This document shows, in pieces, positions 1-14,050 of a stretch of DNA of 59,467 bases (position 1 is the first letter of the stretch; each line of letters starts with the position of its first letter). The stretch is from Phoronis australis (lineage: Eukaryota; Animalia; Phoronida), in the NCBI GenBank assembly GCA_002633005.1, contig NMRA01000468.1:288917-348383 (forward strand), in the 5' to 3' direction. The notes beneath the pieces were generated by a model that saw only the letters and a list, made by a program, of their open reading frames with translations, was not told the origin of the DNA and did no database searches. The position numbers and the translations under genes are program-made.

Positions 1-210
1 CCCCCCCCCCCCCCCCCCGAACCAGCACATATGTGTCTCCATTGCAATAAACCTAATTTGGTAGAAATAATTACATGTGCAGTATTTTCTAACAAAGCTT
101 AACACTCACAGTTCACTCACTCAGTTAACTGGGGCATGTCCTTAATGCCTGGCTTGGTCTAGCAAGGTCAGAGACTGTAAACGGATTTTCATGGCATGCT
201 TGTGAGTACC

Positions 211-374
211 CAGTGGTGGATTTAGAGGGGGGCCAAGGGGGCCATGGCCCCCCCCTAAAATTCTCCCAGATTCCATTAGACGGTTCTGGGGTGCGAATGT
301 CTGACGGGCAAAATCCTGGCTAATACTCTGCCCTGGCCCCTCCCCCCCAACACAAAATCCTGGATCCGCCCATG
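211..374. mobile_element. MITE with CAGTGG(T/C)GGAT-type TIRs (hAT-like non-autonomous)
   Basis: 5' cagtggtggattta is an imperfect inverted match to 3' tggatccgcccatg. The direct repeat GTACC lies on both sides (206-210, 375-379). Confidence 0.7.
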
Positions 375-849
375 GTACCTCTATCTGACTCTGACTGATC
401 AGGCTGCTTAAGTGGATAAGCCATTGTGTGCTTGAGAGGGCAATATAAGAGTGTTGTTTGCCCCCATCAAGCTTGATCAGGATCTAAGATAAGTAACTGC
501 CCCATCTACCCTGAATGAGTGCCTCTTTCGCCAGTTGCCACACATCTTAGGCAGACTTGTAAGCACTTCCATCACTTTCCAACTGATGAGCTGCTGGGCA
601 ATATAGAAGAGCTAAGAGCATTGAACGACTTCCTCAAGGGTGATGAGGGTCTTAAGATCAAGTACTACACCCTCTTCCTACATGTGTTTCATCAGTTCCC
701 ACAGTCTAGTGCAGGCTTGTGAGTACCTAGCTCCATCAGTGTCTGACATCTGGACTGGGTCTAATTAGAGAACCAATGTGGCTCACAGCCAGCTAATCAA
801 TCCAATCTTAACCCATTTGACTTTTGGGTGATGATCTACTTGTATGTGG

Positions 850-3800
850 CTATAATCTGTAATAATAGTCCTTCTGGCAGATTGGACAGTACATGGTTAT
901 GTAACGGTGGTGGAGATGCCGCCAACAGGCAGTATGGTAAACCCAACAGCTGGTTCCTGGTGTTCTGCCTTCAATAACATCAACTGCTTGTGGCATTTTG
1001 ATATTAAATGATGAACAATTCCAGAACTTGGTAGATTTGACATGATAGAATTGGCATGTTGCACGGTATGTGAAAGCTGAGAATTTCAACTAAAATTTTT
1101 AAACCAAGTTTGCTGTCACCCTTGGTAGACCATCCCTAATAGCCAGCACACCTATTACTCTGCATGGTCAAAATTCCTGAGCAAACAGCGATTGGCAGAT
1201 GACTTGAAAGTGCCTCACTGAAAATCTCAGAAATTGTGTGAGAAAGCATTTTAATGAATTGTTTAAATTGAACAATCTTTTATTCTGGTGGAAAAGCTGA
1301 CAACTCGCATCCTGGATGTAATAGGGCCGACTTTAAGTGAACATTTTATTTTCAGTATGCCCAAGTTAAAAAACCATGTTATTAGTAGCATTCTTGATAA
1401 AAACTTTAGGCTCCCTTGGTTAGTGGCTAAAAAAAATCAAGCATTCCCTTTTACACTCATAAAGTCTGTCACATACTTTTCCTTACCATGACCAAATTCC
1501 ATATCCATTACCAACTCAAATCTGCACAGGCAATGCCGACACGTGTCATTTTCAATTTCACGAATTTAGGGTTGTGGACAACCCCAATAAAGTGAAGAAT
1601 TTTCTTGAGTAGTTTTAAGTGTTCTTGTTGGTAGAAGAAATAGAACTCACTGTTAGGAATATTATGAGACTGCGGGATTTTACGAGAGTAAAAGATCTTG
1701 TTCAGTTTCCGTTTTTTTTGAGCCAGCTAAATAGGGCAAAATGCAGCTTTGCATAAACAAGGTGTCAACCTTTTTCTTTGGTAAACTTATGTTGCTCATA
1801 GACATAATCAGGTACAAGCCTAGAAAACGACAATAACAAGAGATCTTGTAAGTCTGGTCGGTGTGCTTTTTTTAAAACAAATCTTGTTGTATTCTGTTGT
1901 TGTTGAAAGTTTTATGATTTTCAAGAATTGAGAGGCTTGTAATCTGCCTTTCTCTAGGGATGGGGTTACATTGGACTCCAGCTTGATAATCAAAAAGGTT
2001 GTAAATAATTACAAACTGTGATAAACTGTCAATGAAATCCTATAAATAAACCTTCAGAGGAGAAGGAGACATGTTACATGGTTGGTTTTGTGTTTCTTGG
2101 GAATTCGTCAGTTGACCGTTTGACACTTAAAAAGTAAACGGTTTTAGGTTAAATAAGTTTATAATTGCATGTTAACTAGGGTTCAAAAGTTAGTATTGGC
2201 CCTCAGGTGGATGTGGTAACAGATATCGATGTAAAAATATCCCAGGATTTCAAGTCTCAAAAGCTACGGTAAATAGTTCTGTGCAGTGAATGGCCAATGG
2301 CGTTGAGTGGACGGTGATGTGTACCTTACAAATTCAGCGTCGGATTCATTTTCGTGATTGGTTGATTAAAATCTTCATCAGTTAGCCTAGACCTACTTCT
2401 AGAAAGTATACGTTTGTTCTCAAATACTAACAGCACCTGATGGCTGCTATGCTTCAGAGAATGACTCGCTTGATTTGATTACGAATTACAAAAACAGCAT
2501 TCTTCATTTTGCTACAGAGCAATATGTCTCCAGCCAAAGTAATTTTCACCCTGGTGCTTGTTTTTATAGTTTGCCACATGTTTACTCTCTAAACAGCATC
2601 TAGGGCAACTTAAAAAACAATGAATCCCCTCTGCCACAATTGACGACAACCAACACCAGGTGGTAGAATCGAAACAACGCCAATCCACTCCAGTGTTTTA
2701 TTGAGGAATATTGAGCTGCTTCTCTTAGCTAAAGTCTTAAAGTGACGTTGGGGAGAAAAAATGGTTTTCTGATATCAGCCTTGGCATGTAATCAAAGTGG
2801 CAACCGGTGGTAGCATTACTCTACGCTCAGTTAACAGAGCTAAAACACTGACTGAAACTAAACCCTTGCAGCATATTTTAAGTATATTTCACTGGTAAAA
2901 TACCTACCTTCAGCAAAAGTGTGGCAGACAAAGGCATGCCTTGTGATGAATGGTATGCGATTTATAATAAAATAAAACAATGCAGTTTTTGTTGTTTTGT
3001 TGCTGTGGTCAAAGTTACCAATGACCCGTAACTTTCAATAAGTTTGTTCCGTCAATCCCATCAATATTTTTGGCCATCAAACCAATAATGTCTTTTAGTT
3101 ATTTTTCTGATCAAAAATTGGGTTTTCAAAAGGTTTTCGGTTTATTTTGTAGTAATAAGGATTTTTTAAAGGATTTAAGAGTGGCTAGATTGCCTGCATG
3201 GTTGTGTAGGCACTTGTGTTTTGAAGTTGTATCTGGTCAGGAGTAAACAGGTTTCACGTCAGTCTTTGACAGGTTTTGCTTTGTTTTATGTTTCAGGGAA
3301 AACCCGAGGCACTGAGATTCACCCCTGCATTGTTTCCATATACAAAATAATACCTGGTCAACAGGGTCTATGGCACAACAATTTTAAGTCACTGTGATGA
3401 AAAACCTTTCTGGAGCCAGTAACTGATACTTTTCCTGCTAGTAAAGCCCGGGTCCACCCTAAAGTTTAAAATGCCCACCCGAATTGGCATCGTATTTCTT
3501 TAAACCAGCCCAATCCTCCGAATTTTGAAATAAGTGTCCTCCCTCATAGTTTTTCGCTACGTATAGTGTAATTATTAGCGTTTCTGTTTTTTACATCAAG
3601 GTCTAATTTCTGTCCCATGTACTTTACACCAGAACTAAATGAACCGAGAGCGCTCGGAGGAGCGACACTTGGCGGAATTAATCGAAAGACGACAATGGGG
3701 AGGACGACGACAATCATGACGATCAAGGCGACAATAATGAAAGATAGCGCAACATGACGGACGAGCCATGCTTTGTTCCTGCAATCCAAAATAGGTGGCA

Positions 3801-4368
3801 CTATGTGACAGTCTGCAGAGCAAAGTTATGTTTACAATAGTATTTCGCCTGGAATTCCAGTCTACAGTACGACAGTGCTACCTGGGTCAGTCGGGGTCAA
3901 AACTCTCTGTTAACTTGTGCAGACATAAACAAAACAAAGTGAACTGAAAGCCAGCCAGCTGAGTGCATACGTGACCGAAGGACCAACGGTATCCGAAAAT
4001 CTCGAATAATTCAAAAAGTAGACGTCGTAGCGCAAAATGGAAANTTTAGAACAATTTACAAATTAAGTATAAGGTTATCATCCAATGGCATGGTGAGCAC
4101 TGTATTGAAGTCTTTAAGGATAACGAGGTTGGAGTTATCATAGACTTACTTGCTGTGTACAAAAACTTTCCCCTCCAGCACCATCTGGCAGGGGAACTGT
4201 AAGTAATTGGTCAGTAGTTTGGTTCAAACCACAGGTATTTGACTGCAGTTGTGGTTTGATTCTCTGACCCCTGATGTGTAGGGAGCTGGCTGGGAGTTTT
4301 TTGTATGGAAGCTGGTTGAGTTGTGGTTCCGATTTGTCACATAATGATTTATGTCTATGTCTTGGCAT
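850..4368 (-). CDS. Candidate spliced minus-strand gene, possibly a single-pass membrane protein; exon chain not resolved
   Basis: Candidate exon 3812-3628 follows a ctctgcag acceptor and encodes a hydrophobic stretch (VALSFIIVALIVMIVVVLPIVVF). ATG ORF 4368-4151 ends at a gtaagt donor. A Cys-rich candidate last exon runs ~1077-850 after ttctcag. The phases do not join without additional exons. Confidence 0.3.
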
Positions 4369-6750
4369 ACATTTACATACAGGTGGACTGTGGCTTCACT
4401 AGTGACACCTAGTGTGTTTCCACTTACCCACCATCCACCTTCTGCTGGTAATCTGACTGTGGACTGCAGTCAACATGTTTAGTTGCTTTATAGTCAGAGG
4501 AGCTGTGATCAGTGGTTAGGATCCAAAGTCTTGTAATGTCTGTGTTACTGTACACACCCTTTTGATTATCTAATTATAAGTAACTCGAGTACAAGTGTGT
4601 TTTCCAGGATGTCTGTGTGGTGATGTGGGTCAAGCCTTGAATTTCCATGCAATCAGTGCTCATCCAAATACATTTGACATTAAGAGCAGCTGTTATTTCA
4701 CCATTTGTCACAAAACTATAAGTTTTAGACCACTTGCTGTTATGAAATTGGTCTCAAATTGTTCCTTTGTCAAAGTAGGTCTGATTTCTGAAAAGAACTG
4801 AGAGTTCGTCATTACTTTAGACCAGGCTATACAAGTTGATTATGACTCAGTATGGTCTCCAGCAGTAACTTGTGACAGTGACCTCTGGTGGCGTCCGCTT
4901 TTGGGGAGGAGATTGAACTTAAGGGAGTTAAGTTTGGCTTTTGGACATAGCTGTTAATTGCTCTTTAAAAGCGGGAATTCAGCTTTTGTTCAGTTTACTG
5001 CAGAGCTAGTGGATTTGATTCTACGCTACTGGTAATTCATGTAAAATTTCTTTCCTTCGAGAATGTCCCTTTAAACGAGACCTCGCGTGGTATATTAGTT
5101 CAGCGTTCAGTGCAAATAACCATACTTCTTTGGGGCATTCTGAATTACATTCATAGCTAGAGATCAGACTAGAAATGTAAAATCTTGTGACTAGAAACCT
5201 CAAACTGCTGACATCAGCATTATTTGGTGAACTTTTGAAGTTTCTCAACTCCGAGTCGGCTAAAAATGCATTTTCAACGAACTACTGAGTGAGAACTGTT
5301 TATAAGGAAACAGTAAGTCATGAAATAAAAGAACTTTCGTCTGAAAGTCTGAAATGAAAATGGCAGGTAATGTACGAGAAATGGATTCCCAATTTACTGA
5401 AGCCCTTTTCAAGCTCTGTCAAAAGACCACAAGTATCGGCTAGAACTCTGCGAAGTGAAAACTTGATAAAATGGATGTCACCGTGCCATGTTTTGCTCGA
5501 TTTCACCCAAAAACAGTTGGCCTAGACTTCAACATTCTCACAATATATGTTGTGTATGAATTTCATGTCGGAGAAAAAAAAACAATTTACAATAATGTAA
5601 CCTACTTGGACAAATCTCATTTCAACAAGTAAAGATTAAAGATATAAGAATGGTCTTATAGACAAACCACTTATCTTTGTGATGATGTGGCTAATAAGGA
5701 TTTAAACTTATAATTTGTTGTGATGGTATTAATGTTAAGTAGTGGTGCGCCTGTTTGTAACAAATATAATCTGACTCAAAAGTGATGTGACACCAAGCTT
5801 GGACCAGCTGGAACTGTCACACTGGGCCGGGCTCAGGATAATGAAAGCCATTGCTAGGTAGTGTTCCATACATAGAGCATCATGTTTCAGAAGATCTTGT
5901 AGGACTTTCCAGTCACCCCCGGTTGATTTGGAGTGGGATGCTGTATTTTGATTTTTTGACGTACCTTAGCTAAATATTCACAAGCAAATTTTATGTTACG
6001 GTTATGTCCTTTGGAAGACATTACAGACAATATAGTGGTTTGAGAGAAACAGCTTGGGTCATCCCATAGGTGTTGTTACCATTTGAATTGCCAATTGTAA
6101 TCTGATATCACCTTCTAATGGATTGACTAATAGCTTGTTAGAGCTGCAATAAACAACTTCTGTTGTGGCAGGTGTACACTAGTCTATAGACTACAGTAAA
6201 CCTAATGGTAGCTTAGGTAATACCACTCAGGACAATGTCTTGAAGACTTTCTATGCACTCACATAATATGTGGGGCATATTGTCATCATCTTCTTCATAT
6301 GTCTAATATGAGCTGCCCTATCTATGAAATCCAAGATAGAAATTTCTCTGAAGCACAGTGTAGGATTTTCGTGTAATTTGTAAACACAGCTTAAGTCTTG
6401 AGTAACTGATTCCAATAAATTACTATTGTTACTTGTTTGCACCATCTTCGACATTTACCAACATTAGGTTGTTAAAGGATTGTTATGGTTGGTGTCTTTC
6501 TGTAATGATCATGGTTTGCAGTTGCCAACATAACATGCAAAAATGAAAAAAGTGTAGGCTATACCACAAGGAGCAAATGTTTGCTGCACGCCCAGAAATA
6601 CCTTGGCATGTGTGTGAAATTGGAGTGAGGAAAGGAAATAGTAAATGGTGTGGAAAAGCACACAAATGTCCTGTAATACGTTCATATTGTGCGTGTCAAA
6701 AAGCGGGACATTCTGATGTTGTGACAGGATTGGAACAAAGTACACTCCAC

Positions 6751-6831
6751 ATGGACTTCGGGACGTCCAGATCCGACTACTGTTATTTTACCTTAATATG
6801 CGTTTGTCTCTGCCATTTTGGGCTTGGAGGG
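6751..6831 (+). CDS. Possible signal-peptide exon of the Ig-domain gene (MDFGTSRSDYCYFTLICVCLCHFGLGG)
   Basis: ATG, then a hydrophobic stretch, then a gtaact donor. It ends in phase 0 while the next exon needs phase 1, so an intervening micro-exon would be required. Confidence 0.3.
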
Positions 6832-6914
6832 GTAACTAGTTGACATAGTGTCTTAGAATTTTACGGATAGTTGTAAATCATCAGTATTGTTCACACACCA
6901 ATAGGTCACATTAC

Positions 6915-6995
6915 GGCGTTTTCCTGTTGATCCCAACTTGTTCGATTCTATTGCCCAACAATAAGTTGGGAGGGAGGATGACCCCTGTAGCCAAT
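6915..6995 (+). repeat. Dispersed repeat, second copy at ~15208-15292
   Basis: Both copies share gttgatcccaacttgttcgattctat(t/a)gcccaaca...gatgacccctgt. Confidence 0.75.
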
Positions 6996-7923
6996 ATCTT
7001 ACACAAGTCTGATTAATTAGGGCCAGGGCTCTTTTATTTTTGATAATTGCTGTAATCTCCAATAAGATCGTATCTAGCCTGACTGGGCTGTGCTGTTAAA
7101 AATTGAAGTTAAGTTATGGTATATTTGAACATAAACCAATAGCATTTCTGAATTCCTCGTCAAATGCTGATCATGTTTAGTTTAATGGAAACCTGGCTGA
7201 TGACTCTTTGGATAGATATGACTTATGGTAAAGTGTTAGCAAAATAGAACACGGTATGGTGGAACAATGAAATTTTATGTTATTGAAACTGAACAAGAAT
7301 AAATAAAGACAATTTTCCTTATTGTTTGAAAAAACATTATATAGCATGGGTGACATCAACAAGCACACCATGAAATTTTGTGTTTTGGCAGTACACAGTG
7401 GGCATTAGAAGTATAAATAATGTCAATTATGGCCATTATTTTTGTTCAAATTTGAGGAAACTTTACAGTATCTAGCTGCCACGCTTCCTAGTTGAAGTTT
7501 TTCGTGTGTTTGTGTTGGCCTCAAAATACTAAGCTCGATGAAGGTTCTTAAAATTTGGCAGACGGTGAAATTTTGTCCAAGAGGACGCAGGACTTTCTCA
7601 CCCAAAAAATCCCCCCTCGGAAGATACAGGCATCTTTCCCCTCAGGCAAACGAGGCCCTGTAAAACGGCTTCTTCATTTGTCAAATCCCTCAGAAGTCAT
7701 CATTAATACTGAACGTCTGTTTAGGTTAGCATGACTTGAAGTGATTATTAGATGGATCTGATGCATTGCCCCATTACTATTCGTGATGGACGAGGACCTG
7801 ATCTTCCCTCGATCTCAGATTAATCAAGAAATTACGGATAATTTTTCTTTCAGTTAGATCAATTTTGAAATGAAGTGTAGTGAAGTTATGAAAGTTTCTG
7901 ACATGACCCTGTCCTTCTTTCAG

Positions 7924-8004
7924 GAGAATTAATCTTCAGCTCTCCGCCAATATTGAAAATTATTTCTGGCGACAACGTCACCATTGATTGCAGATATGAA
8001 GGAA
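7924..8004 (+). CDS. Lachesin/IgLON-like Ig protein, exon encoding the N-half of Ig1 (ELIFSSPPILKIISGDNVTIDCRYEG)
   Basis: tttcag acceptor, gtaagt donor, phase 1-1. Ig B-strand motif GDNVTIDC. Confidence 0.85.
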
Positions 8005-10158
8005 GTAAGTAATTCTTTCTATGTGTGAACATGCTGTTCAATATGTGGTACGGGGGCAAGAAATCCTAAAAACCTGTGACATTTCTCAGTTATTGGAGTC
8101 ATTTTAAGGCAACTATAATTTTTAGACTATTCCCGTACTACCGCATTGCCATCCATGATTCTGCGGTATTTGAGGGGGCAATTGCCTCTCAATTGTTCGC
8201 TGCTGCCAGGCTAATTGCCAATTTACACCAAAACTTGGCTGTCCTGGATTACTCATGCAGTGACACTGAAATCTCCCTGTATTTATCCACATTATGCTGC
8301 AAGCACTCGTGAATTGCATCATTGGAGTTCCACTTGTTATTTGTATTCTTTACAAGTTATTTGCTGCTGTGTGTTGCTCTATTTAACTTCCTGATGCCAC
8401 AAAGTATTCCTTGGCTGCTGACTCCAATGAGAGAAAGTGGAATAAACTTGACAAATATCCCTGTATTTGTGATGTTAAGTTCTTTGCTTTGACTCGAGAT
8501 CAATTGAAGACAAGAAAATGGGAGCAACTGGCAAGTTCATTGTGTTGAGGTTGTCGTGGATACCCTTGCTACCAGGGATATTTTTTTTAAATATCTTATA
8601 AGGCTCTGCTTGTCAGCCCTAGAAACCTTATATTTTTCAAAATCCTTGATGATTCCTGACTGAGGTCTTGATTTTTGACGACTGGGATTTTGGTCTAAAT
8701 AAGCCTAAGGCTTAATTTGCTAATTTTTCCATACACCTGATTGAACATAAAAGAATATCGAGATAGAATTTTCGATCTTCAATCTGTCATGCTATATAGA
8801 AAATTGCATTTTCAAAAAATTGCATAACTATAAACAGGAAGACATTTTCACGTGCACTGTAGATTTCTGTGATCACCAAAGATTTGAAAAATATATGGTT
8901 TCACGCGATTGACAAGTTATTGGAATATTTATTAAAGATATTTAACGAAGTTTGACGCTTGGAAGGCAAGATGTGCATTTACCTTGATTTTGTTACAAAC
9001 TGAATCCCCCTTCTTGAAGGGAGTCCTTTTCAATTCCAATACTTTTAAGCGGTTGTAACTGGGAATATTTCCATGGTCATGTTGCACCTCGGCAGTTTCC
9101 ATCATGGTGATGGTATCTTGTTTAATGGAAATGTCCTTTAGTGGAAATGTTTATGGCAAAGTTTGTACTATGTGTAAATGTCATAAGTTGATATTTTTTA
9201 AAGTTTTCATTATTTTTAACTAAATAATTGGCCTTTGAAAAATGGGAAAACGCCACTTTTTGCAATTGTCTTTGTGCGAAATAAGTGGAGACTTTTACTG
9301 TATTGTTACCAGCACTACAATTGAGATCAAGCTCACTCTTGGAACCTAGAGTCTGGTCACATGTGATTTATCTCATATTCATTGAATCTGAGTCGAGTGC
9401 AATACGGCCATGTAATATTGTTTTACGTATTCACCTCCCGCACTACTTCAACAGTGACCGTTGACATGGAAAGTTTAAAAGATAGGTCAATGTCGACTCA
9501 ACGTTGTTAGCCATTTCAATGATCAAACTTTCCGAAAATAGTTTAAAGTAATTCAATTGCAGTAGTGTAAATAACATTCGCCATGCTGCAACTCAATAGC
9601 AAATGTTATTTAACTATTGTCAGCAAATGTTAAAGTTCAATGCTCAATTACCGTTGTTTTCATCTTTGCTATCTCTTTTCAATTAAGAAATCATTACATT
9701 TAAAACCTTTTCTTTTATTAGAAAAAACTTGTAACCCAACACGCAAGTATTATTACATGTAAGATGTGATCCGCCATGTGAACAGTCTGGGTGACTGCCA
9801 AAAAATGAAAGAAACTTGGGACTTTGAAGCATATTGGATAAATACAAAACGTACCTCGATTAGCGTAGATGGAGTAATATCCCACTCGACATTATTCTGC
9901 GAATTGACCTCGACCTTCGGTCTCGTAGGATATTACTTCATGAACGCCACTCTCGGTACGTTTTGTATCATGTCTCGGGTTGTTGTGACTTTCCACAGTT
10001 ATTCAAAACTTTGTCTGATGGCGACTCTGGTATAAACTTTGAACATGGAAAACCATTTTATTTGCGGCTGTATATGTAGCATGAAAAAATGATGAAACGA
10101 AAATTAACTCGTAGGCCAATGTGAATAGTTTTGGCCTTGACCTTTCTACAATTTCCAG

Positions 10159-10407
10159 GTGACCCCTTTATTGTCTGGAAGTTCACACCTAAAAATCAGG
10201 ATCATAGTCAAGCCCTCACACGCGGAAGTAGGATTCTGGACTCAGTGGAAACAACGTTGATGGGCCAAGCTCGGGTGGATGGGGACTTAGAGTACACATC
10301 TAACCTTACGCTCATCAATGTGAACTGGCAGATTCATGATGGCGTCTACGAATGCTCAAACTTGGACGGTAGAAGTGCTGCTCATGCCACTGAAGTGCAA
10401 GTGAAAG
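10159..10407 (+). CDS. Lachesin/IgLON-like Ig protein, exon encoding the C-half of Ig1
   Basis: ttccag acceptor, gtgaga donor, phase 1-1. Ig motifs IVWK, SNLTLINV and DGVYEC. Confidence 0.9.
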
Positions 10408-10944
10408 GTGAGATCAAATGTTAAGATGTTAAGTGGCAGATCTACGTTCTTAGAGGCCTGAAGCCTGGCTCTTCTCCGACTAAAGTATTAAGTGACCCTA
10501 AATTTCAAAAAAAACTAGTCATACAATCAATAAAAGTTTCAAAATTTGACTGTAGATAAGTTGTGTTCATGGTCTATGTCTGCGATGGACAGTTGCCTGT
10601 ATGTCTGTTTTACTATTGTCTAACCTAACAATGTATACTTTTCACGAACTATTCAAGTATGCTACATAAAAACTTTTTGAAATGGAGATGTAAAAAATTT
10701 TTGCATCGATCTCCCTTATGTTTACTACCATTTTGATGATGGGTAATTTCGTGCCTGATTACCGAAGTCTTCAGAGAATGACACCATCAGCTGAAGCTGT
10801 ATGGTTTGTACGACGATGGCAGCTTTTCTAGTAACTTAAGGTTAGCGGATTGGTTGAGTTGCCTAAACTCGACCAGTGAAGGTCTCAGCGAGTGAGTTTC
10901 GATGACAAGGCTGTGTTCTGTTTGCACAAGGAACCCTAGATGGT

Positions 10945-11445
10945 CAGGGCTTGGAATTATCCACGGAAACGCGGATTTCCGCTTTTTTCAAATGTTCTGC
11001 CCACGTATTTTATTATATTTCCGCGTAAAAAAAAAATCGAATTTGATTTAAAATTTCCGCGGCAAATTTCTTTCTTACCGCGGCGTTGCCAACAACTTTC
11101 ACCTCGAAAAGCGGAAGTTGCTCTTTTTGTTTCGGAGGAACGTAAATTGTCATCATTGCCGGGGCACCTGGGATAGCGTGGTTTTCTTCAATGGCGTTTC
11201 GTGAGATTGTAAATCGCGGTGACAAATACTACGACTGCAGCCAAAAATGTGTGGAGGTGTGAGTTGACGGATGAGCTAAAAAGACGCAGACGCACGTTTC
11301 TGGAGGTGGTACCTTCTCCCGATGTTTTGTCGATAAAAGGTCCACATCGACAAAAATTCGAGCCCCCCATTTTCAAGGTTGGGTGCGCGCATGTTTAGGG
11401 CCGTAAAAATTTCCGTTTTTTTGTCATGGGTCATTCCAAGCCCTG
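10945..11445. mobile_element. MITE with 13-bp TIR CAGGGCTTGGAAT and 5-bp TSD ATGGT (hAT-like)
   Basis: Perfect TIR at both ends. ATGGT at 10940-10944 and 11446-11450. Confidence 0.85.
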
Positions 11446-12369
11446 ATGGTGCACAATACAATACAATAGTCAATTTGAATTGCGGACTGCTACCAAATCA
11501 CACCAACCCACAGTGCATTTTTCTACTGTACTAAAGGCTAGGGATGATGAATGGGTCTTTGAGTCATGGTTCGTATAGGTAAAATTTGTCTGGTCCCCCA
11601 CTCAGATTATAAAATGGGTGTCACTCATTATAGTTCCCATATTTTTAAATTATACCTTAAAAAGAATTTTTGTTGGATTTTGTATCATTTTAGCCAAAAA
11701 ATGAGGATTTTATGATGGTGAATGGCACCCTTTTACAGGTTCAGATTTAAATTAAGAATTGTCCAGATGAGCACGAGCTGTCTTACAACATCTTGTGGCG
11801 CTTTTTCATTGCCCATCTTACCAGAGATTGTCATTTTTATGTTTCTCATCTGTATTCACTATTTCTACTTGTAAATGTATTAGTTGTAATATGTGACCTT
11901 ATATCGCCTACCTCGGTCTCCTTTTCGTCTCTGGTAACGAGCTTGCACCGCACATATCATTTATCTATTATTCGGGACACATGTCGATCATAAAAGTTAA
12001 AAATGTCCGACAGTTTTACGAAGGTCACTGTGGGTTTTTAAAACTTCACATTCAATTATTCCGTTAGCTGTTTTTTCCTTCAGTCAACATGTGATTCGCT
12101 TGCATGGTTTTACTATCACCGGTTTTCAGTAATGATATCTCTACTAAAGTTACATTATTATTAAACAGTAGTCTAAACTTCAACCTTTTTAACAGTAAAT
12201 TCCTCTTAAGCAATGTTAGTAAACTTTTATCGAACGTTTATAAATCTTGTTAATTCTGATTTCCATATCTGTACATGCTTTTGTTTTTAGTATGTTCGTA
12301 ATAGCACATCTAAATATTTGATTACTTATGTTAGATACTACTTACGTGTATATAGTTCTATATATACTA

Positions 12370-12529
12370 CCGTAAACTCACAGGTTAATAGCATGGGCAC
12401 TTAAATTGGGAAAACATTTGGTAGGGGGATGGGCTATGACCCAAGCAGTGGGCGCTTAAAACCGAAAATTGACCAAAAGTTGGGGATGGGCGATTACTCG
12501 GGCATTGGCGTTGACCCGCGAGTTTACGG
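12370..12529. mobile_element. Tc1/mariner-pogo-type MITE (TIR CCGTAAACTC, TA flanks)
   Basis: ta|ccgtaaactcac ... gcgagtttacgg|ta. Confidence 0.75.
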
Positions 12530-12641
12530 TACCGTCTACAACCCAGATATGCTTCGCGCGATTTCTGGGTTTGTCATTATTTACTTGCATGCTCTGTGTA
12601 TTCTTCAATAAATATGCATCACCTTAAAAAAAATTTTTTAG

Positions 12642-12760
12642 TTCCTCCGTATGATCTCGAGGTTGTTCCAACTCAAGTCAGACTAGAGCCAGGGGACAGA
12701 CTAGAGCTGAACTGTTCTGTGTTGGGTCGGCCTACACCCACAATCACGTGGACTCGTGAG
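12642..12760 (+). CDS. Lachesin/IgLON-like Ig protein, exon encoding the N-half of Ig2 (VPPYDLEV...LELNCSVLGRPTPTITWTRE)
   Basis: ttttag acceptor, gtaatc donor, phase 1-0. I-set motif LNCSVLGRPTPTITW. Confidence 0.9.
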
Positions 12761-13675
12761 GTAATCTGGGACTCATGAGGTAGCATTGGCTACAGTGTTT
12801 CACGACCATAAATCATAATTTTCTGTTTAATTTTTGTGCATCCATTATGAGCTTTTAAGGACTCAAGAGGGACTAGTTGTTGAGGACTGAGGGCCCATTG
12901 TCACCAGTTGTTAAACCTTCATACCTAACTTCATCGCCAGTTATGCCGTGATCGTCTTCTTTTGCGTTATTGTGAAATACACATTTGGCCTAAAGCAGGT
13001 GTGCCTCAAATTTAGCTTAATTTTCCACTTAATGGCTGTTTCAAATAGATTTGGTTTGTATGTGGGTTCATCATAAGATGCTAACAAGACTCACTGGGTT
13101 TATAAAAGTTAATTTCCACCTCAGCCTGATAGGTATAATCAGTTGAGTGAGTTTGACACGGCAGGCTTGGTTGATCATCACGCTATCATTGAGTCTGAAC
13201 TTGAAATTATGGTTTGTTTGCTAGAATTTGAAGCTCGAATCTAGAGGTCATGCAGTACAAACTTGAACTAAACCATAATGTTGTCTTTTGATACAAAAGT
13301 TATAGACACTTGAGTTCACAGAGAAACGGGAAATGTCGAAAGTAATTTTGCGTTTGAGATTAGACCCCATGTTCTGGATTGTAAATGAACTTCCACCGCT
13401 CTATGTGTCTTTCAAAAAAACCTGCAGCTTCAAATTCCAGCAGAACTTTGGCCAAACCCTTTTCTACTAGTTTCACCCTATTTGAAGGGTGTCTGCAGTG
13501 GGGAGCTTAGATTATGTGACCGAAGATCCACTGTTCTATCTTAGTACGTGTATTTCAGAAAACGGGCAGAAACTGAATTCCACGTTTTAAGCACAAATTT
13601 GGCCACGATGTGTTCCACTGGTTGTTTGGTCATTGAAAGGGTGTCTGTAAATATTTATTTACTTTTTGTTTTTAG

Positions 13676-13826
13676 GATGCTGCTTTACCGAGTGGTGAAG
13701 GGTCCATCGCAAACCCAGTTTTTTCTGTTGATAAAGTGACCAAACGCGATGGTGGAATCTATGCATGTCGTGCTTTCAACGGCTATGGGGACACCGTTGG
13801 TGCAAAGGTTAAAGTTGAGGTGTCAT
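13676..13826 (+). CDS. Lachesin/IgLON-like Ig protein, exon encoding the C-half of Ig2 (DAALPSG...DGGIYACRAFNGYG...VKVEVS)
   Basis: ttttag acceptor, gtgagt donor, phase 0-1. DGGIYACRAFNG motif. This frame is not in the ORF track. Confidence 0.9.
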
Positions 13827-14050
13827 GTGAGTAGTAATTTCCTCATGAATCTCATGTGAATAGTTTTACATATTTGGTGTGGAAAACTTCAAAAACTGAA
13901 AATTGTCTTCTGCACCTCTGCCAACAATCCAGTTTATTAAGAGCAATATTTCTGTTGTTTCCTGTCATTTTCATATCTGCTTATTGATTAGTAAATTGTC
14001 GCAGCTTCTCACGCTATTGCATTTCTGAGAATATCTGCTGTTTGTTCTAG

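Noticed and set aside
519-722. 67-aa ORF with protein-like composition
   Set aside because: No splice context, recognisable motif or partner exons were found.
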